Positions 46,419-55,723 of a DNA stretch of 64,000 nucleotides are shown one piece after another (position 1 is the stretch's first letter; each line of letters opens with the position of its first letter). Source of the DNA: a virus. Its lineage: Duplodnaviria; Heunggongvirae; Uroviricota; Caudoviricetes. The translations under genes and the position numbers were made by a program. The stretch spans positions 83,172 to 147,171 of IMG/VR virus record IMGVR_UViG_3300045996_002451; one strand, given 5' to 3'. The notes under the pieces are model-generated. The model did not search any database. It saw only the letters and a list, made by a program, of their open reading frames with translations, and had not been told where the DNA came from.

Positions 46419-47272
46419 GCCGTATTGTCCCGGAAAAATGGATGCCTGCATGTCAGATGAAAGGCATCATTACGCACTGGAACGCGGGAGCCCACAAAGC
46501 TTCCGAGCTGGATAAAGAGCACTACCACCTCTTGATCGAGGATGATGGTCGGCTGATTCGCGGTGACCACGAGATCTCAGACAACCTGAACACCGGGGAC
46601 GGAGACTACGCGGCCCACACGCGCGGCTGCAACACGGGCTACATCGGGGTTTCCTTGATGTGCATGGGTAACGCCGTCCAGAGTCCGGCGTACTATGGCA
46701 AATGGCCGATGACCAAGAAGCAGTGGGAAACCATGGCGCTGGTCTGTGCCGACCTCTGTGAGCGGTATCAAATTCCGGTCTCTCCGACCACAGTCCTAGG
46801 ACACGGGGAAGTCGGCAAGTACCTCGGTATTCCCCAGCGCGGGAAGTGGGATCCGCTGGCCTTGCCGTGGCGTCCGGAACTCGGAATGTACGCGGTTGGC
46901 GAGCTGTTTCGTGATGAAGTAAGGAAAGCACTTTCAGACACAAATACGCTGCCCACTAAAGATGAGCGCACACCGGTGAACATTCTAGTGAACGGTGTGG
47001 ACCTCGGAGTGGATGGCTACCTGCTGGACGCCAACACGCTGGCTCCCGTACGACCCCTGGCTAAAGCCCTGGACGCGGTGATCACCAACGTGGACGAGTA
47101 CAAAGTGTACTTCGTCTCTCCCGATAACCAGCGGCGCGAGGCGCTGTACCTGAACCATGCCGGGGTGGGTCACGTCTCGGTGCGTGACTTCGCCACCAAG
47201 TGTGGGAAGGACGTGCAGTGGGATGCTAAGAGCCATACGCTGAACGTGGTGTCCCGTGGCCCAGCTTTTTAA
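46415..47272 (+). CDS. N-acetylmuramoyl-L-alanine amidase (Amidase_2) endolysin with copper-amine-oxidase-N-like C-terminal domain
   Basis: IITHWNAG, YHLLIEDDG, AAHTRGCNTGYIGVSL, VLGHGEV, KWDP; LAPVRPLAKAL...VQWDAKSHTLNV; true start ATG 46415 within the 46235 ORF. Confidence 0.85.
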   Translation: MSRIVPEKWMPACQMKGIITHWNAGAHKASELDKEHYHLLIEDDGRLIRGDHEISDNLNTGDGDYAAHTRGCNTGYIGVSLMCMGNAVQSPAYYGKWPMTKKQWETMALVCADLCERYQIPVSPTTVLGHGEVGKYLGIPQRGKWDPLALPWRPELGMYAVGELFRDEVRKALSDTNTLPTKDERTPVNILVNGVDLGVDGYLLDANTLAPVRPLAKALDAVITNVDEYKVYFVSPDNQRREALYLNHAGVGHVSVRDFATKCGKDVQWDAKSHTLNVVSRGPAF

Positions 47273-47615
47273 GCCCCGCGCCTTCAAGGTGCGTACCCTG
47301 CAAGGATCCAGCTTTGTCATGCGGCTGGATCCCACCCACGAATACTGCGGCCTGCAGTTTGGCCGTCTGCGTGTTGTGGGTCACGCCCTTTCCACCAACT
47401 ACAAGATTGATTGGACTGCTAACGGGGCTTGTGAGCCTGCGGTCGGCGGTGAAATGATCGTCCATCCGGAACCAGTGGAAAGCGCTGACTTCCTGGGCGA
47501 GCACGTCAAGAGCTGGCACATGGAGGAGATCTCCCATGTGGAAGAGATTGCCGTGCCGGAAGAACTGGTAGAGCGCGTGCTCGCCAAACAGAGAGCTGCA
47601 CAGCTCCTGACTTAA
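47256..47615 (+). CDS. Hypothetical protein, weak GroES-like pattern
   Basis: FKPRAFKV...GRLRVVGH...AVGGEMIV...FLGEHVKSWHMEEISHV loosely parallels Cpn10. Confidence 0.35.
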   Translation: MAQLFKPRAFKVRTLQGSSFVMRLDPTHEYCGLQFGRLRVVGHALSTNYKIDWTANGACEPAVGGEMIVHPEPVESADFLGEHVKSWHMEEISHVEEIAVPEELVERVLAKQRAAQLLT

Positions 47616-47625
47616 GTAGGAACCC

Positions 47626-48417
47626 ATGCCTCAATTAACCCTTGCCGAACACCGGGAAGTCCTCAGCAAAGCGAGCGAAGCTCGCGTAGCTGCGGGCCTG
47701 TCCAAGATCGAAAACTTGGGCAGCATCGTTAAAGCTCAAACCGACACGCGGAAGATTGATCCGTGGGATCACTTCTACTTCCGACCGGTAGGTGAGCAGT
47801 TGTACCAGGTGGCGGTAAAGCGCTCGCTGGAGACCATTCGTTCCAGCCGAGGCGGCAAGAAGACCTTGGTCATGAGCGAGAACTCAGAAGTCATCGGCAA
47901 GGTAGGCGAGCTGGTGTTCGAGGAGTTCTGCTGGTACTACTACGGTGCGCCGACCGACTTCAATGAAGAGCAGCTCGCGCGCGTTAACGAGAGCAGCGAC
48001 TACCAGCACACGATCCAGGCGGCGCTGTCCCTGTACCAGCCTCAGGTAGCCTGGAAGACATTCGTGCACCAGGTCCAAAAAGGCGGCGACCTCACCGACT
48101 TCCAGATCCACGGGTTGCTGGTGGATGTGAAGACCCGGCAGTTGCATACGGACGTTTCGATCGCTCCGATTTTCGACCTGCGTATCCCCAAGCACGAACT
48201 GCCCAAGTTCCAGGATGTCTACGTGCTGGCCGGGTACTGCCCGAGCAGCACCTACGCCTACGTCCTGGGATGGTGCAGCTACGAGCAGGTGGCGGAGAAG
48301 GAACTGAACACGAACGTCAAGTACGCCGCCAAGTGCGTCCCGATCTCCGAGCTGTACCGCATGGACACCCTCTCCAGTTACCTGGAAGAGCGAGCACGTG
48401 CGGTCGGTGCTGGTTAG
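47626..48417 (+). CDS. PD-(D/E)xK restriction-endonuclease-like protein
   Basis: GKVGELVFEE...GGDLTDF...LVDVKT...DVYVLA pattern. Confidence 0.55.
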   Translation: MPQLTLAEHREVLSKASEARVAAGLSKIENLGSIVKAQTDTRKIDPWDHFYFRPVGEQLYQVAVKRSLETIRSSRGGKKTLVMSENSEVIGKVGELVFEEFCWYYYGAPTDFNEEQLARVNESSDYQHTIQAALSLYQPQVAWKTFVHQVQKGGDLTDFQIHGLLVDVKTRQLHTDVSIAPIFDLRIPKHELPKFQDVYVLAGYCPSSTYAYVLGWCSYEQVAEKELNTNVKYAAKCVPISELYRMDTLSSYLEERARAVGAG

Positions 48418-48448
48418 GGTAGAATGGTTCGTTAGGAATCACGAGAGA

Positions 48449-48485
48449 GCCCCGTAGCTTAACTGCTACGGGGCCTTTCTTTTTG
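48449..48485 (+). terminator. Rho-independent terminator
   Basis: GCCCCGTAGC-TTAACT-GCTACGGGGC-CTTTCTTTTT. Confidence 0.8.
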
Positions 48486-48510
48486 GTGAACATAGAAGAG
48501 AGGTATCCAG

Positions 48511-48825
48511 ATGAAGGTGTTGGATCTATTTGATAACGAGATCGAGATCGGGTCGGTTGTCGTCTACCCGGTAGGTCAGGGTGGGATTACCTACGGGCTC
48601 GTGACGGCGATGCAGTTAAACCAGAAAACTTGGCGTGGCACGGCAAAGTTGTCGATCCTGAAAGCAAGCGGAAGTAAGACCACGTTGACCAAACACCGGG
48701 ACGCGGTCGTCCTCCTCCCCTGCCAGTACAACGAGAACGTACGTAAGCTGGTAGCCCTCTATCAAGAAACGCAGTCTCCGGTAGCGCGCGCCGCCGAAAT
48801 GCTCTCCGATCCCAACGAAGACTGA
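48511..48825 (+). CDS. Hypothetical phage protein (SH3-like)
   Basis: DLFDNEIEIGSVVVYP...GLVTAM; GAGG RBS. Confidence 0.6.
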   Translation: MKVLDLFDNEIEIGSVVVYPVGQGGITYGLVTAMQLNQKTWRGTAKLSILKASGSKTTLTKHRDAVVLLPCQYNENVRKLVALYQETQSPVARAAEMLSDPNED

Positions 48826-49139
48826 TGCAACTGCATGTCGTTAAGCCTCGGGAAACCCCGAAGTACAATTTTGAGTATCTGGTGACGCCTAAGGGTACGA
48901 TCCGGATCGAGCAACTCGCCGAAGGACGCATCGAAGTCCGCGCTCCGGCAGAGTTCTTTTATGGACTTCCGACCACCTTACTGCAAGCGTTCCCGGAACG
49001 GTTTGCTTCGGTAAGTGGCAGTGCTGGTATCTTGGTACTCAACCCCCATGAAACACGACAAGAAGATTCTGACTCCCGAGGAGAGCGAACAGGACCGGAA
49101 GAAGACGTTCAACTTCCTGAACAAGATCCGTCCGAATGA
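48825..49139 (+). CDS. Hypothetical protein (3' 92 nt overlap next ORF)
   Basis: TGATG coupling with previous gene. Confidence 0.5.
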   Translation: MQLHVVKPRETPKYNFEYLVTPKGTIRIEQLAEGRIEVRAPAEFFYGLPTTLLQAFPERFASVSGSAGILVLNPHETRQEDSDSRGERTGPEEDVQLPEQDPSE

Positions 49140-49251
49140 GCTGGGCATCGCGCACGCGGTGATCGAGATGAACGGGACGCACATCGAACTGAAGCCGTTC
49201 CCCAAGCGCACCTCGAAGCTCGCGCAAAAAGACGACGTCACCCTCATTTAA
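49048..49251 (+). CDS. Hypothetical protein (67 aa)
   Basis: ATG 49048; phage-typical codon usage in this frame. Confidence 0.5.
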   Translation: MKHDKKILTPEESEQDRKKTFNFLNKIRPNELGIAHAVIEMNGTHIELKPFPKRTSKLAQKDDVTLI

Positions 49252-49252
49252 C

Positions 49253-49268
49253 TGGTACCCGTGTAACA
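49253..49268. promoter_or_regulatory. Motif A copy, 1 mismatch (TGGTACCCGTGTAACA)
   Basis: 1 nt after the TAA at 49251 and 4 nt before ATG 49273. Confidence 0.75.
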
Positions 49269-49272
49269 GCTC

Positions 49273-52200
49273 ATGGCAGACCCTACAAAGCTACCGTATC
49301 GACTGGGCGATCGTGTTCGGGACAAAGACTCCGGACGCGAGGGCCGCGTCACGCGTATTGCCGCCACGGGACGGGATATGGTGGTGGTCACGGTAGCTTT
49401 GCTGGCTACTGGCGGCGGCGCCTACCTGTGGAACGTCACGCAAGAGATCAAGCACGGACAGGTAGGCGGGCACCGCTTCGAAGCGATCCAAGAAGGGGTG
49501 AAGGAATCGTTCCAGAGTTGGCTGCGAGGGACGGAGACGCCTGCCCAGGCCAAGTCTTCGGCAGGTATCTCTACCGGTCCGCTGACACCAGACGAGATCA
49601 AGCTTACCTTCAAAGAAGCGCAGCAACTGCGTAAGCTCCGTGATCGATTGGTCTTAAAGCATCAAGGTGAGGTGCGTCAGTTACTTGTAAAGCAGCGCTT
49701 TGGCACGCGGAGCACTGAACGGGTCGAGCTATCCAAAGAAGCCAAAGAGCGCCTCTGGTTTCGGGTCAAGACCGATCCGGACTCGCGTCCCTTACTAGAC
49801 GCGAAGGGTGAGTGGCTAAAGCTACCCAATGCTTACGGCGAGTTGGAGACAAGCTGGAAAGCCATCGACGCGCTTGACGACGACGAGTTAGTCCGGGTTC
49901 TTACCCGGCAGTCTAAAAATGACCTGGTGAATGTCGGCGAAGCTCGAGTCAAGTTCGATCCCTTTTCGGGACAGGCGGACGAAAAGCTAAAGCTACGCGG
50001 TACTGGGGTTGGAAACTCAAAGATAGACTTTTTCGAACGTCCTGTACAGCCGCAGGACTTTCACCTGTACGGTAGAAACACTTCGACAACCTACGCCAGT
50101 ATCGAAGACCTAACAGAAAAGGCGTTCCGCATGCACCGGGAGATCAGCACCTCCCGCGCCCAGATTGGTCATCTTAAGAAGAAGGGCGAAGACCTGGTCC
50201 GCTACCTCACGGGATCAGGCCGAGTTACCGATGCTGGACGGTGGGAAGGCAGCTTCTTCTCGGACATCGTTGCGGGACGGACCAAGAACGAGCAGCTCGA
50301 AGCCCTGTACCGGGAGTTCGGACAAAGCAACCTCTCGCCAGAGTTCATGCGGAAGTACGGCGTGAAGGGAGATGGAAACTTCTGGGACTACCTGAAGAAC
50401 TTCCAACAAGAGGTCACTCGTCACAACCGCAAGGATGCGTACGCCCTGTGGACGAACCGGCGTGGCATGCTCGGAGAAGCCGCGCGCAGCACGGACCTCT
50501 TCCGCAACTTGCAGCGAGACACGGAACTCCTGAACAAGAACGAGGAGTTCCTGTCGCGACTGCTCCACGACCTGGAAGGTGACCCGGTTTTTCAGAACCA
50601 CAAGGAGCACTGGGTCCAGATCTCTGACTTCCAGGACTTACCGCGCAATCGCTACGACCTGGATGCTGACTCATTTACCCAGCACGAACTGCGTTCGGGA
50701 CTAAGTGACCAGCGTCAGGGTTCACTGAGTGCCCAGGAGCTGGCCAATGCTGCCCAAGAGCAGCGACTGCGCACCGCACTGCAGCGCACCGGTGTTCGTG
50801 GTCAACTGACCTTGCCCTCGCGTGCGGAGCGCATGTGGGACCCCCGCTGGCTCTCGGCACACGAATCGTTGCCGGGGCCGGTACAGCCAGGGGCCGCGGG
50901 TCCACAGCGTCCGGCCATTGATCCGGAGAGCCTGCTGGATCGCCTGGTCAAACACGGCGATCACACCTACCGCGTGACGGCGCTGGCTTCCGATCTCCAG
51001 AGCCGAAACACTCAGGTAATCCTGGAGTCTACCGCGGAAGCGTTCCAGATCCGTAACCCGTTTGACTTCCGGGACAGCCAGATTTCCCACCTGCTCCAAA
51101 ATGCGCAGTATCCGGAAAAGCTAGCAAACCCGATCGAACTGAGTGCGTCTGCCCAGATCAAGATCCGAAACCCCCGCACGAAGGAGGTAGTGTCTCACAA
51201 CGTGCTGGACGTGCTGACGCACTTGAACGGCAACAAGGACTTGGAGGGTTATCGCGAGCTGCTCCAAAATGTGCAGCATCCGGCAAAACTCACCAATCCT
51301 ATCGAACTCAGCGGCGTAACCCAGATCGGCATCGCGCACCCACGTACCGGGGTAGTTACTTCCCATCCGGTCATGGACCTGCTTGCGCACCTGATCGGGG
51401 ACAAGGAGTTGCCGGGCTACCGGGGTGCCGGACTGGGAGCGTTCAAGCCAAAGGAACTAGGTAACTGGCTGGCAACGGCATCCCTGGAAAATGATCTGCT
51501 GAATGACCTGGTCTCCCGCAACGATCCAGATGAGTTGTGGGAGCACACCACGAACGCCATCATCGGAGAGTTCGGGGATCAGCGGCGAGCGCGGGCGTAC
51601 GAAGGCAAGCGACTCGATCAGATCGTGACCGGTTTACAGAAGCGGTTACCTTCACGTATCAAACGCTCGCTTAGGTCGGACAACCAGACGATCCAGAACG
51701 GCGGAGAAGTCCTATCGCTGGACGCGCCGATTACGGACGACGGCAAGCTGACGGGTTACGATCGGCACGGCACAGACGACGTCTCCGAGTTAATCATGCA
51801 GCAGGAGATGGAAGCGCACTCCATGCTGCTCGATGACCTGCAGAAGAGCCAGGTAGACGAGTTCTCGGTCTCGGTGCAGAAGCTCCCGTGGGAGCACCTG
51901 CGCGAGGAAGTGGAGACCGGTGGGTTCCCGGCTAAGAAGGGAGATCTGGTTGCGCCGGAATGGGAAGGTCGGTTCCAGAAGATCATCTCGGAATACCTGA
52001 ACCTGTACCAGGAGAAGGGCGCCGAAGCCGTTCCCAAGAGTATGCGGGAAGGGATCAGTCTGGTAGACGGTCAGGCGGCGCTGCGTGTACCGCTGGCTAG
52101 TGAAGGGGAGTCGGCCTATGTCTTTGCGGATGGCCGGATGCGGCACGTCAAGGATAAGCAGCGCGTAGGCGGCCTGGCCAGCACGCTGGACCGTACCCTC

Positions 52201-55140
52201 AAAGTCGGACTGGAAGAGATCGGTGCCGCGAACGCTCCAGGAAAACTGGGCGAGCCGGACAAGCGCTTCCAGGCGTTCGACAAGCTGGAAGCTACCGCTG
52301 CCGTGGCAGCTAAGGCCAGGGAAGGGTTGGACGGCAAGGCTGCCTACCAGAACGCCCTACACGGGGCCGTACGGTTCGGAGATGCCGACATCGGCCTGTA
52401 CCGTTCGCAAGGGCCGAAAGGACAACTGCTCGGCTTCCAGGTACCGGAAGGCGCGAACTGGGAACAGATTCGCAAGAACACCTCGGCCCTGGTAGACCCC
52501 TCGACCCAGAGCTACGTCGGCTTTGACCTGGAAACCTTCACCGAGAAGTTCGAGGAATCCAAGAAGCGAATGGACTACCTGAAGACCCAGGGTCGAGAGG
52601 TAGTGGAAGATGAAGTACACAACCTGGCCATGGTGCGCTTCGAGCGCGGCCAGGATGGTTTCCGTGCCCGGAAGACCCTGCACATCGCCACCGAGTGGAG
52701 CCAGAAAGCCGACGCCGTGCGTAAAGCAGGCGGCATGATCGTCGACTCGGAGCAGAAGCTGCTCGACCAGGCCCGACGCTTCCTCTTCGATCATCAAGAA
52801 GAGATCGTGGGTGGTCATAACATCGCGTTCGACATCAAGACCTTAACGGACCGGTTGGTGGCAAACGGCTTGAACCCGGCCCTCGCCAAGAAGGCCATGA
52901 GCCGCGCGGCAGACACACTGTTGCTGACACACGCGGCGTTGCCGGATCACAAGGGCGGGTTCGGTCTGGAATACCTGGCGCAGTCGCACCTGAGCTACGG
53001 TACGAAGTTCAAAGAAGCCCACGAAGCGCTTTCAGACACGCTTCTCGCAAACAGCCTCACCAACTCTTTCCAGAGTCCGGAGTACCGGGAACGGGTCAAG
53101 AACTCCCTGGCCATGAGTAAGCAGTTGGCCTTGAAAGCGGGAGACGCCACCCAGGCCCAGGTTTCGGGAACCATCCTCTGGAATAACTCGACGCGCCGGG
53201 CTTACGAGTTCCTGGGTGTTCTGGATCCACAAAAGGCAGCCGAAGCCTTAACCGAGATCGGTAGGGAAGCAGAGACCGTCTACGGGTTTGCCGCGCGCAA
53301 GATCGACTTCACGGATCCGACCCGGGCTAGCATGGATCCGGCTGATGTGCGCGTGGTCTCAAAGCGGACCCCAACAAACCTGGCCAAGGCCGTGGCAGGT
53401 AGCTGGGAAGTGCTGGCTACACCGGAGATCGCCGCGGAGCGCATGGAAGAGGCCGCGCGCGATATGGCGCGTAACCGTCTGCGACTTCGGCTGAACGGCA
53501 AGAACTCGTTCGGTCAGTTACTAAGTGAGAGCTGGCGTTACGGTCTGATCAGCGGACAACTTTCCGAAGATCAACTGATCGAAAAGTTCAACAGCTTTGA
53601 CACGACGGCAGACAAGCAAGAAGTCCGTCGTGCCGCCGACTGGTTCCAGAACTACGGTTCCGACACGCGCATCCAGCGCCAGGTGCAGTTGGAGCAGACC
53701 TTCTGGGAACAGGAGCTGCCGCACCATCAGCCGATCGTGGACATGCTCTCCCAGCACGTCGCTCAAGGCGGCTCGACCGAGGAAGCTTCCGCAGTCTGGA
53801 ACCGCTATCAGAAAACGGTGAGTGACTGGAAGCCGATGCCGACGATCCTGGACCAGGAGGTCCCGCTGAAACAGCGCCAGATCTCGGTGAAGGTCCCGAT
53901 ACTCGGGAACAACTCCGTCGCGCTCCGTGTCGGCTCGCGTGAGATGCTGGAAGCGGACCTGCTCCAGCACTCGGCCTCGATTGCCAAGAAGCTGGGTTTG
54001 CCGGACGTCTTTGAGTCGATGCGCGACCCCACAAACCTGGCAGAGTTCGCCGAGGGTAGACCGTACCTGGAGAAGGCGTGGAAAGAGCACCTGCAGCCTG
54101 CCCTCGCGGAAGGCGGTTTTGCGCAGGCCGGGGGAAGTGCCCAGGAACGGATCACCATCGATGCTCTTGACCAGCACAGCGCCGTACAGGAGCTGTTGGG
54201 TAAAGGGCAGCAAGCTGCGCAGCGGATCATCAAGAGCATGGAAGATCCGCTGCAGGCGCGCGCCTACACCGAGGCGGAGCAGCGGACCCTGCAAGTCTTA
54301 CAAAGCACCTTCCTCAAGGACGGTGTGGCCGGGAGTATTGAGCGGGGTACCCGCAATGCGTTGGTCCTGCACTCCGGTCACCAGGTGCCGAGCACCATGG
54401 AGAACCGGACCATCGAGGACCTGCTTAAGGATGCCAAGACCGGCGCGCAAGTCACCGAGGAAAGCCAGGCGAACTTTGTCCGTCACCTGAAGAACGCCAC
54501 GGCCCACATGGACATGGTGGAGGAGCAGCAGCTTCGTCAGGCCTTGAAGAATCAGGCCCCGGAGTGGATGGATCAGATCTTCCAGACACCTAAGGTGCGC
54601 ACAGGCAGCTACCGCAGCAAGCTCTCGATTTTGGCCGGAATGGAAAGTGTTACGGAAGCCGCGGTTGCCGCCACGGCCCAGACTGCCGAGCGGGCGTTTA
54701 ATCCCGGGACGGCGCACCAACTGGGAATGGATGTCGCAACTAAAGTCGTTGACAACCAGTCCACGGCCAAGCTGATCGGACTGGGTGCCCTCGGACTGAT
54801 GGGAGCGACGCTCCTCGTAGCGGGGATGACGCAACCCAAAAAGCCGAAGGCAGCCTCCGATGATCCGGACGGGTTCCGTTCCTCTCCGGAAGAACGGGCC
54901 GCGCGCAAGCAGACCATTCAAAACCAGATCCCGCAGAGCCAGTCGGTAAACGTCCGTATCTTTGCGGACGGTCAGGGCATGGATCCGCAAGAGATCAGTG
55001 CCTCCGTGAACCAGGTACTCGGACAGCACTTCAAAGCTGAACTGCCGAATACCCAGGCTCAGGTGCAGGACAACCGGCGCACGTTCGACCGGTCTTACTT
55101 GGATGAACTGGCGGCGAGTCTCCTGACCGGCCAATCCTGA
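49273..55140 (+). CDS. 1955-aa putative virion/ejected protein with DEDDh 3'-5' exonuclease domain
   Basis: YVGFDLET, GGHNIAFDI, ADTLLL, HEALSDT (about 52510-53060); hydrophobic segments near both termini; 56-aa tandem repeat at 51091-51426. Confidence 0.7.
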   Translation: MADPTKLPYRLGDRVRDKDSGREGRVTRIAATGRDMVVVTVALLATGGGAYLWNVTQEIKHGQVGGHRFEAIQEGVKESFQSWLRGTETPAQAKSSAGISTGPLTPDEIKLTFKEAQQLRKLRDRLVLKHQGEVRQLLVKQRFGTRSTERVELSKEAKERLWFRVKTDPDSRPLLDAKGEWLKLPNAYGELETSWKAIDALDDDELVRVLTRQSKNDLVNVGEARVKFDPFSGQADEKLKLRGTGVGNSKIDFFERPVQPQDFHLYGRNTSTTYASIEDLTEKAFRMHREISTSRAQIGHLKKKGEDLVRYLTGSGRVTDAGRWEGSFFSDIVAGRTKNEQLEALYREFGQSNLSPEFMRKYGVKGDGNFWDYLKNFQQEVTRHNRKDAYALWTNRRGMLGEAARSTDLFRNLQRDTELLNKNEEFLSRLLHDLEGDPVFQNHKEHWVQISDFQDLPRNRYDLDADSFTQHELRSGLSDQRQGSLSAQELANAAQEQRLRTALQRTGVRGQLTLPSRAERMWDPRWLSAHESLPGPVQPGAAGPQRPAIDPESLLDRLVKHGDHTYRVTALASDLQSRNTQVILESTAEAFQIRNPFDFRDSQISHLLQNAQYPEKLANPIELSASAQIKIRNPRTKEVVSHNVLDVLTHLNGNKDLEGYRELLQNVQHPAKLTNPIELSGVTQIGIAHPRTGVVTSHPVMDLLAHLIGDKELPGYRGAGLGAFKPKELGNWLATASLENDLLNDLVSRNDPDELWEHTTNAIIGEFGDQRRARAYEGKRLDQIVTGLQKRLPSRIKRSLRSDNQTIQNGGEVLSLDAPITDDGKLTGYDRHGTDDVSELIMQQEMEAHSMLLDDLQKSQVDEFSVSVQKLPWEHLREEVETGGFPAKKGDLVAPEWEGRFQKIISEYLNLYQEKGAEAVPKSMREGISLVDGQAALRVPLASEGESAYVFADGRMRHVKDKQRVGGLASTLDRTLKVGLEEIGAANAPGKLGEPDKRFQAFDKLEATAAVAAKAREGLDGKAAYQNALHGAVRFGDADIGLYRSQGPKGQLLGFQVPEGANWEQIRKNTSALVDPSTQSYVGFDLETFTEKFEESKKRMDYLKTQGREVVEDEVHNLAMVRFERGQDGFRARKTLHIATEWSQKADAVRKAGGMIVDSEQKLLDQARRFLFDHQEEIVGGHNIAFDIKTLTDRLVANGLNPALAKKAMSRAADTLLLTHAALPDHKGGFGLEYLAQSHLSYGTKFKEAHEALSDTLLANSLTNSFQSPEYRERVKNSLAMSKQLALKAGDATQAQVSGTILWNNSTRRAYEFLGVLDPQKAAEALTEIGREAETVYGFAARKIDFTDPTRASMDPADVRVVSKRTPTNLAKAVAGSWEVLATPEIAAERMEEAARDMARNRLRLRLNGKNSFGQLLSESWRYGLISGQLSEDQLIEKFNSFDTTADKQEVRRAADWFQNYGSDTRIQRQVQLEQTFWEQELPHHQPIVDMLSQHVAQGGSTEEASAVWNRYQKTVSDWKPMPTILDQEVPLKQRQISVKVPILGNNSVALRVGSREMLEADLLQHSASIAKKLGLPDVFESMRDPTNLAEFAEGRPYLEKAWKEHLQPALAEGGFAQAGGSAQERITIDALDQHSAVQELLGKGQQAAQRIIKSMEDPLQARAYTEAEQRTLQVLQSTFLKDGVAGSIERGTRNALVLHSGHQVPSTMENRTIEDLLKDAKTGAQVTEESQANFVRHLKNATAHMDMVEEQQLRQALKNQAPEWMDQIFQTPKVRTGSYRSKLSILAGMESVTEAAVAATAQTAERAFNPGTAHQLGMDVATKVVDNQSTAKLIGLGALGLMGATLLVAGMTQPKKPKAASDDPDGFRSSPEERAARKQTIQNQIPQSQSVNVRIFADGQGMDPQEISASVNQVLGQHFKAELPNTQAQVQDNRRTFDRSYLDELAASLLTGQS

Positions 55141-55679
55141 CGATACTGATTCAGGATGGCCAGTCCGCGTCGCTCGCAGATCGCCTCTCTTTCCAGCCCC
55201 GGTTGCCAGTAGTTGTTACGGAACTGCTTGATGTGTCCGAACTCATGCGCAGTGGATGCGAGCAGCCCCTCTTGCCAGGTACGACAGGTAATGAGGGGTG
55301 AGTTCGGTCCGCCGTAAGCCATACGACGTAGCTTTCCGTTTATCTGGTAACGTGCCCAGTTGGTGGTAGGGAAACGTTTGGGGTCCAGGGCAACCGTTAC
55401 AAACAGGCTGTAACCAGGTGCTCCGTTTGGAGCGACCCATTTGGGTACAGCGTAGAACGTACGCCCCTGGATCCCCCATCCGGTCTTGACCCAATTGGGC
55501 ATCGGTTTCACGTGGACCAGCACTCCCGTGCCGTCCATCTGGCCGACGCCTGCTTTGACGAGTTGCTCGACCTCCCGGTCCGGGAAGGCGGTGTAGTTGA
55601 CGACAGTGAGTGGCCGGTCCGCCTGGACCGGAGTGTGGAAAAGAAGCAGGGCTAACGCCCCATAGAACAACGTTTTCAT
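55095..55679 (-). CDS. Secreted HEXXH zinc-metallopeptidase-like protein
   Basis: GGAG RBS, signal peptide MKTLFYGALALLLFHTPVQA, STAHEFGHIKQ zincin motif; the only credible minus-strand gene. Confidence 0.65.
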   Translation of the reverse strand: MKTLFYGALALLLFHTPVQADRPLTVVNYTAFPDREVEQLVKAGVGQMDGTGVLVHVKPMPNWVKTGWGIQGRTFYAVPKWVAPNGAPGYSLFVTVALDPKRFPTTNWARYQINGKLRRMAYGGPNSPLITCRTWQEGLLASTAHEFGHIKQFRNNYWQPGLEREAICERRGLAILNQYRQDWPVRRLAASSSK

Positions 55680-55702
55680 CTCAGTCTCCGACAGCAACTT
55701 GC

Positions 55703-55718
55703 TGTTACACGGGTAACG
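55703..55718. promoter_or_regulatory. Motif A copy (TGTTACACGGGTAACG) in the 44-bp gap between divergent genes
   Basis: Exact 14-mer 55704-55717. Confidence 0.85.
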
Positions 55719-55723
55719 CCCTT

